A DNA stretch of 41,290 nucleotides. Source: Chiloscyllium plagiosum. Its lineage: Eukaryota. Made by a program: the position numbers and the translations under genes. The stretch lies in the NCBI RefSeq assembly GCF_004010195.1, contig NC_057720.1, positions 16,518,431 through 16,559,720 on the forward strand, written 5' to 3'. This document shows positions 35,541 to 41,290 of the stretch, piece by piece. The first letter of the stretch is position 1. The number at the start of each line of letters is the position of its first letter. The notes under the pieces were generated by a model, which made no database searches, was not told the origin of the DNA, and saw nothing but the letters and a program-made list of their open reading frames with translations.

Positions 35541-37438
35541 GTGATTGACTTTTTCCCTTCTGTTCAAGTCGCCTCTATAACTAAGATACCATTTCGAAAA
35601 TAAAGTCATGGCACCTTGGAAAGGTAATCATTGAACTTACCCATAAAATGTATTGCCATTTTTAACAAATACTTGCAAGTTTAAACCACCCATATGTACT
35701 TTTCTGACTGAGATCTGAAGACAGTTCCGTCCCCAAGATGCCAGTTGTTCAAAATTTCAGCTGCTGCAGACATTTTAATATGAGAGGGGTAGCCATCATT
35801 GAAATTGCAATTCTCAGTTTTCCTGTAGAACCCTCAAAGTGCACCATGAAAACCAATTTCTGACAAACAGTTAAAGGAGGATTCATTAAGGCTTCTGAGG
35901 GGTTCTTGGTCTAGCAGTTGCATTTCATTATACCAGCTGCAAGTGAGACTCAGTAGTCAGAGAGTCTGGCAGATTGCATGATTCTTGCCTGGCTTGCCAT
36001 GTTGAGTTCCAGACAGACAGGGATCAGTTCGTCCAGATGCCCACTGCATGCCTGAACCACCTCAAGTGCATGCGATGTGTCAGGGCCAAGTGCCTCGTCC
36101 GTCAGGCTCTGGATGGCTCAGATTGTGAGCCAGGGACGGTTAGATGCTCTCATGGCAAAATGGATCAGCGTCATCCAGCTCATTCCCAATCCTGATAATG
36201 ACCTGAATCCAGAGATCTCTTCACCCTTAGCCAGCACAAACCATGTCGAGGAGGAGCCTATTCGTGAGCAGAATTGGACTGCCATTCCCGCATAGGGGAA
36301 AACTCTGGTGCCAGTCAATCAAGGCCCAGACTGTGATCAGGTCCAAACAGAAGACAGGAAACTCCTGGAAGACATCCTGAGGCCAGGACAACTCTACGGA
36401 CAGAAACTGTGTTGTAGCAGAGGCCGTGCACCCAACAGCAGAAATATATAATCAGGGTGCACCATCTTGGAGGAAACTCAATATAAAAAGGTATCACTGC
36501 AAGGTCTGATTGCCCTCCTAATACAGGAAACTCAGAAGCACAGCAGCAATCCAGTTTTTGTCCCAGAAAGTCAACAGGCTTTTACTGGATGGTGGTGACA
36601 AAGCCAGGGGGAGGGAGCAAAGTGACCAGCCAGTACCACTTCATGGCAGTCACCAGCTAGTTTATGACCAGCACTCGCACTAACACAACATTCAGCAGTC
36701 CTATTGTGTTTAAGGCGAGTGTCATTTCAATTAATTTGCTAGCCAGGATTCCTCAGTGATGCAAAGATGGACTCCCAACTGCAGGTGGCAAGAGGTACGC
36801 CACATGAAGCACCAGGGCTCCTCTGGCAGGGAACATATCTACCACAGACCAACCAGAGTTCCCAAACACTTGCTCCTGCTGATCCTCACAGAACAGACCT
36901 TCTCGCATCCATGCATATTCTGCAGGTCAGACAGGTCTGTGAACATGAAGAACATATCACTTGCATATGCTGAAAGGACCACCTCCACACCGGGCCAAAC
37001 CTGACAACCACTTATGCTCAATAAAGGTACAAAAACAGCTCCATGCAGAGAATAAAGTTGACTGGAAACAGTGCAGTCCTGACACACTCCTCTCCCAAAT
37101 ACAAGTGCCACTGTCAGAAACCCACTGACCTTCACTGGACATTCTGCAGCAGCAGTCAAATCCAGGCAACAAGGTGCACCCCGAACCTGAAAAGCTCACA
37201 GCATCCCAAGCAGACACTCCGATTCACTCCGCTGTTTGGCCTGGGATGGTGTAGGAGTGGTCTGAGTGGATCATGAAGTCCAGCACAGCACAGAGACAAG
37301 GTGAAAGCGTCCGGACGAGGATCTTGTAGTCCGTGCTGGGGGGGGGGGGGACGGGACTGAATGCTAATTTGACAAACAGAGATCACCCTTCTTTGGCAAT
37401 AGAGAGATGACCACCTTGCATCAAGGGGTATCTCCAGA

Positions 37439-37757
37439 GATTAGATTTTAGATTACATTACAGTGTGGAAACAGGCCCTTCGGCCCAACAAGTCCACACC
37501 GACCCGCCGAAGCGAAACCTACCCATACCCCTACATTTACCCCTTACCTAACACTACGGGCAATTTAGCATGGCCAATTCACCTAACCCTGCACATCTTT
37601 TGGACTGTGAGGGGAAACCGGAGCACCCGGAGGAAACCCACGCAGACACGGGGAGAACGTGCAAACTCCACACAGTCAGTCGCCTGAGGCGGGAATTGAA
37701 CCCGGGTCTCAGGCGCTGTGAGGCAGCAGCGCTAACCACTGTGCCACCGTGCCGCCC
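37439..37757 (-). mobile_element. tRNA-derived SINE (HE1 type) inserted in Tx1
   Basis: Closely similar to 13800-14121, CpG-rich (young), with A and B boxes. TCTCCA occurs near both flanks. Confidence 0.93.
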
Positions 37758-38133
37758 ATTCTCCATTCCTCCAGGATCTGCAATATAGTCACCCCCCCAC
37801 CCCTCAAGGATCTCCCGGAATGCTCCGAGGAACTCCACTGTCGGCCCATCCAGCCCCCGGGGACTAGTCCTTAGAAAACTGATAGAGGGCACCAATTAGC
37901 TCCTCCAAATTCAGAGGGGTGCCTAGCCTCTTTGCACCTTCAAGACTGACCCATGGCATGCCCTCCCATAGAACTGGGAGCTTCCTAGCTATACGGATCT
38001 GGAGAGAAAAGAGAATTGTACATTAGTCCCTCTTGTGGGCCTTAATGCCCTCCTGATCTGAGACGAGAGAGGTCATTGCCAAGCAGCACAAGGAGCTGCT
38101 GGCAGACCCATTGCCTTTTTCCAGTGAATAGAA

Positions 38134-38674
38134 TTGTCATCCCATTCCCTCCCCGCCTCAGTCGAAGCAAAACACTCCGAGACACTGTAGTTTTACCTCC
38201 CTCAACTTTATTGTGGGCCCTGGAGGGAGAGAGAACGATCGGCCATGTGCACAGAGACATGAATTCACGATCTTCTCTCAAACTACATTTTCACAAATGA
38301 ACTATATAATCATTTTACAGGGAGGAGCATCCAGATAAGGCAACTACATATTGATTGCGTGATCATTACAATCAGCGAGCATCAACAGTAAAAGATTAAG
38401 CCATCTGCTGTTACACAATGAATAACTGGCTTCACATAGGGAATACTTTTCACTTTGTTAAACTGACCTCCCATACTGGATGCTTCCAATATTGTTAAAC
38501 GGCTCTATATAACGACTGCTTTTCCACCTTGTTAACCCATTATCCTTGCCTCCAGCACCCCATTGTTAACTGTAAGTTCTTATCTGATCTGAGTCATGCT
38601 CAGCTGAACGTAGCTTCACAAAACTCAGAACTTAACTCTTTCCCGACCTGCTTAAACCCCATAACACATTCACA
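38134..38674 (-). mobile_element. Solo LTR inserted in Tx1 ORF2
   Basis: Reverse-complement homolog of 39730-40263 over its whole length. Splits the Tx1 peptide ...DLEYGSP | FYSLEK. Confidence 0.85.
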
Positions 38675-39729
38675 CAAGGGAGAGCCGTACTCAAGATCTC
38701 GGAGGAACTGGACCAGTGATCTCAAGTACACGCCCAACGAGATGCAGATCGTGGAGCACATACATCCCCACAGGAACAGGTCCACATCCAGCTGATTGAG
38801 ATGTAACTCCAGCTCCAGTACCTCCTCTTCCAACTCCTTTATGCTGGATTCCCACCTTTTCGGCAACACCCATGCATACTGCTGACAAAAGATGTGGACA
38901 TGAGTCGTGCCCAAATCCCACTTTAGCCTTAAGGTTGGGATGCCTCTCTGCTTCCTTCGCTAGCTGGTCCAGAAGTAATTGAACACATCCCTGAACCACT
39001 CGTCCTCCAGCAGCAGGTTGTTAGAAGTGTCAGTACATCGACCTCACACAGGTTGTGATCAGAAAATGGCAGCTTGCCACATGGAGGCCTTCAGAACACT
39101 GGTGGTGTACACCCTGGAAATGTAGAGATGGTCAATTCTGGACACTTTGACCCCAGGCTTCACAAAAGTGAAAGCGATGGAGTTTTCATCAGGTGCCTAT
39201 CAAATCAAAGGTCACAACTTCCCCACTGATGCGGAGTTCTTCCAAGTACTGTCATGATTCCTTCTACTCAAAAAGGTGTAATTGAAACTCCCCCCTGAAA
39301 AGAACAATTCACCCTCACCAATGGAGACAAGAGTAGACATTTCTTTGAAGCAGCATGGCTGCTCAGGTCCTATCCCATGGCGCATATATGTTCACAAAGT
39401 GAAGCACCGGATCTCCAAAAAGAACTGAGTTGGAGCAGACAGCCTAGCATGTGCTCCTTAACCTTCAAAGTTGCCAGATGGATAAAAACAGGAGCTAACA
39501 AGATTGCCACATCTCCAGACTTGGAGGCCAGGTGACTCGAAGTCCCTTCCCTGCCACTCCAGGACCCAGATGGCTTTGTCTCTTGAAACTGTATGAGTTT
39601 CTTGCAGGATGCCCACAGTGTACTCCCATTCTGAGGAGTGAGAGGGTATAAAGTCTGCGCTGGGCCTTCCTGAATGCCATTGCGAGTAGCTAAGGACGAT
39701 ATCATGTCTGCAGCATTTGCCACCATCAC

Positions 39730-40263
39730 TGAGAATGTGTATAGGGCATAAGCAAACAGGGAAAAGAGTTAAGTTCGAAGTTTTGTGAAACAAGTGGTTC
39801 AGCTGAGCATGATTCAGATCAGATAAGAACTTAGTTAACAATGGGATGCTGGAGGCAACAGTAATGGGTTAACAAGGTGGAAAAGTAGTCATTATGTACA
39901 ACAATATTATAAGCATGCAGTATGCAAGGTCAGCTAACAGGGGGAAAGTACCCATTGTATGAATCCAGTTAACAAGGTTAAAAACATTCACTCCAACAGT
40001 AAAAAGTCTTGGTCTACTGATACTCAGTGATTTTAACAGTCACCCAATTAATATGTATGTTGCCTTATCTGGAGGCTCCTCCCTGTAAAATGACTATCTA
40101 ATTCATTGAGAAACTGCTGTTTGAGAGAAGATCGTGAACTCATGTCTCTGTGCACATGGGCGATCGTTCTCTCTCCCTCCAGGGCCTGGAATAAAGATGA
40201 AGGAGGTAAAACTATTGTCTCGGAGCATTTTGCTTCAACTGAGGGTGGGGAAACGTGACAACA
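39730..40263 (+). mobile_element. Solo LTR (534 bp)
   Basis: TG...CA termini (TGAGAATG...GACAACA), exact 4-bp TSD TCAC (39726-39729 / 40264-40267), AATAAA at 40190-40195. Confidence 0.88.
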
Positions 40264-40491
40264 TCACCAGTTAAAACAACTGAAAACAATTACTATGCAA
40301 AGAAGGGACTGTTTTCCCCCTCCACTCCCCAAGGACACTGCAAAGGAAACCTTGGCACCACTGCCTTTTGCTCTTATCCACTCCAGGAGCCACTAACAGC
40401 TGCCAGAAGACATGACTAGTAGGGGCAGAGAATTCCACCATTCCATAGCCAACCAGACTCTGTCTCCATAACCAAACACTGCTGTGTCCAA

Positions 40492-41030
40492 GGTTGCTAA
40501 GACCGACGCATGGTGTGCTGGCTTTCATTAGCAGTGGGATTGAATTTAAGAGCTGCGAGATTATGCTGCAGCTCTATAAAGCCCTGGTTAGACCACATTT
40601 GGAAGGCTGTGTTCACGTCTGGTCGCCTCATTATATAAAGGATGTGGAAGCTTTAGAAAGGGTGCAGAGGAGATTTACAGGACGCTGCCTGGACTGGAGG
40701 ACAGGTCTGATGAAGAGAGGCTGAGGGAGCTAAGCCTTTTCTCATTGAAGCAAAGGAGGGGGAAAGAGGCAACTTGATAGAGGGGTACAAGATAATGAGG
40801 TATAGATTAAGTGAACAGTCAGAGACCTTTTCCCTGGGGCAGAAATAACTATCACAAAAGGGCGGTTGGACAAAGGTTTAAGGGAGGTGTCAGAATTCAG
40901 TGCAGGTCCTTTACACCGAGTGGTTGGTGCATGGAATGCACTGCCGGCAGTGGCAGAAGATCAGATACGTTAGGAATATTTAAGGAACTCTTGGAGAGGC
41001 ACATCGATGATAGTAAAATGAACATGTATA
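40492..41030 (+). mobile_element. CR1 3' fragment
   Basis: LYKALVRPHLEGCVHVWSPH...LERVQRRFT and WNALP motifs. Confidence 0.9.
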
Positions 41031-41039
41031 GGTTATTTT

Positions 41040-41290
41040 GAGCTGAAAAATGTGTCGCTGGAAAAGCGCAGCAGGTCAGGCAGCATTCAAGGAGCAGGAG
41101 AATTGACATTTCAGGCATGAGTCCTTCTTCAGGAATGAGGAAAGTGTGTCCAGCAGGCTAAGATAAAAGGTAGGGAGGAGGGACTTGGGGGAGGGGCGTT
41201 GGAAATGCAATAGGTGGAAGGAGGTCAAGGTGAGGGTGATAGACCAGAGTGGGGTGGGGGCGGAGAGGTCAGGAAGAAGATTGCAGGTTA
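41040..41290 (-). mobile_element. PLE family A terminal repeat, runs off window end
   Basis: Closely similar to 21781-21942. Decayed core CTGAAGA-A-GGAC-TCAT-GCCT-GAAA-TGTC. Confidence 0.88.

Larger units (their letters stand above)
35990..40490 (-). mobile_element. Decayed Tx1-clade (L1 superfamily) non-LTR retrotransposon; ORF2 from ~39705 downward
   Basis: APE motifs ILQETH (~39595), VAILL, SRIDHLYIS (~39130) and FSDHNL. Linker HIFCQQY and GSP|FYSLEK. RT: PRGLDGPTVEF, VKVSG...GRGVCQDCTVSSQLYSL (RGVRQGCPLS-like) and VVLSAYASD (YADD-like). Boundaries approximate. Confidence 0.85.

Noticed and set aside
38134..40263. DIRS-like or composite element with inverted LTRs
   Set aside because: I see no tyrosine recombinase or gag. 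The interior is collinear with the flanking Tx1 ORF2, and the right LTR has its own 4-bp TSD.
273..41118. ORF-track entries as functional protein-coding genes
   Set aside because: The recognisable ORFs are frameshifted fragments of LINE or PLE proteins or their antisense frames. The rest are short with no recognisable domain.
9460..41290. CRISPR array or prokaryotic system suggested by recurring short hairpin repeats
   Set aside because: The repeats are dispersed, occur on both strands, are TSD-flanked and are linked to GIY-YIG remnants. There is no regular repeat-spacer periodicity, no cas genes and no operon structure.

Overview
This is vertebrate non-coding DNA made almost entirely of nested, decayed transposable elements. 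The HE1-type tRNA SINEs and the CR1 and Penelope families point to a shark, possibly a carpet shark (inference from recalled repeat content). I cannot support any intact protein-coding gene. The ORF track consists of fragments of LINE ORF1/ORF2, their antisense frames and chance ORFs. Contents: (1) many CR1-clade LINE pieces, including a full-length copy (14877-19772) nested inside another CR1; (2) three HE1-like tRNA SINEs and a Deu-domain SINE remnant; (3) a decayed Tx1-clade LINE (~35990-40490, minus) interrupted by two inverted solo LTRs and a SINE; (4) further solo LTRs and a Harbinger-type Myb/SANT remnant; (5) about 14 insertions from at least three Penelope-like element (PLE) families. 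The most notable signal is in the PLE repeats, which carry minimal type I hammerhead ribozyme motifs (CUGANGA - stem II - GAAA - palindromic ACGU/AGCU - cleavage site). One core is fully intact at 11184-11211. Several ~80-130 bp PLE copies begin almost exactly at the ribozyme core, and four of them have 10-16 bp target-site duplications (TSDs), suggesting a SINE-like or retrozyme-like ribozyme-anchored mobile unit. Several PLE insertions are fold-back (inverted) structures. All family assignments come from motif recognition by eye, and the boundaries of old fragments are approximate.
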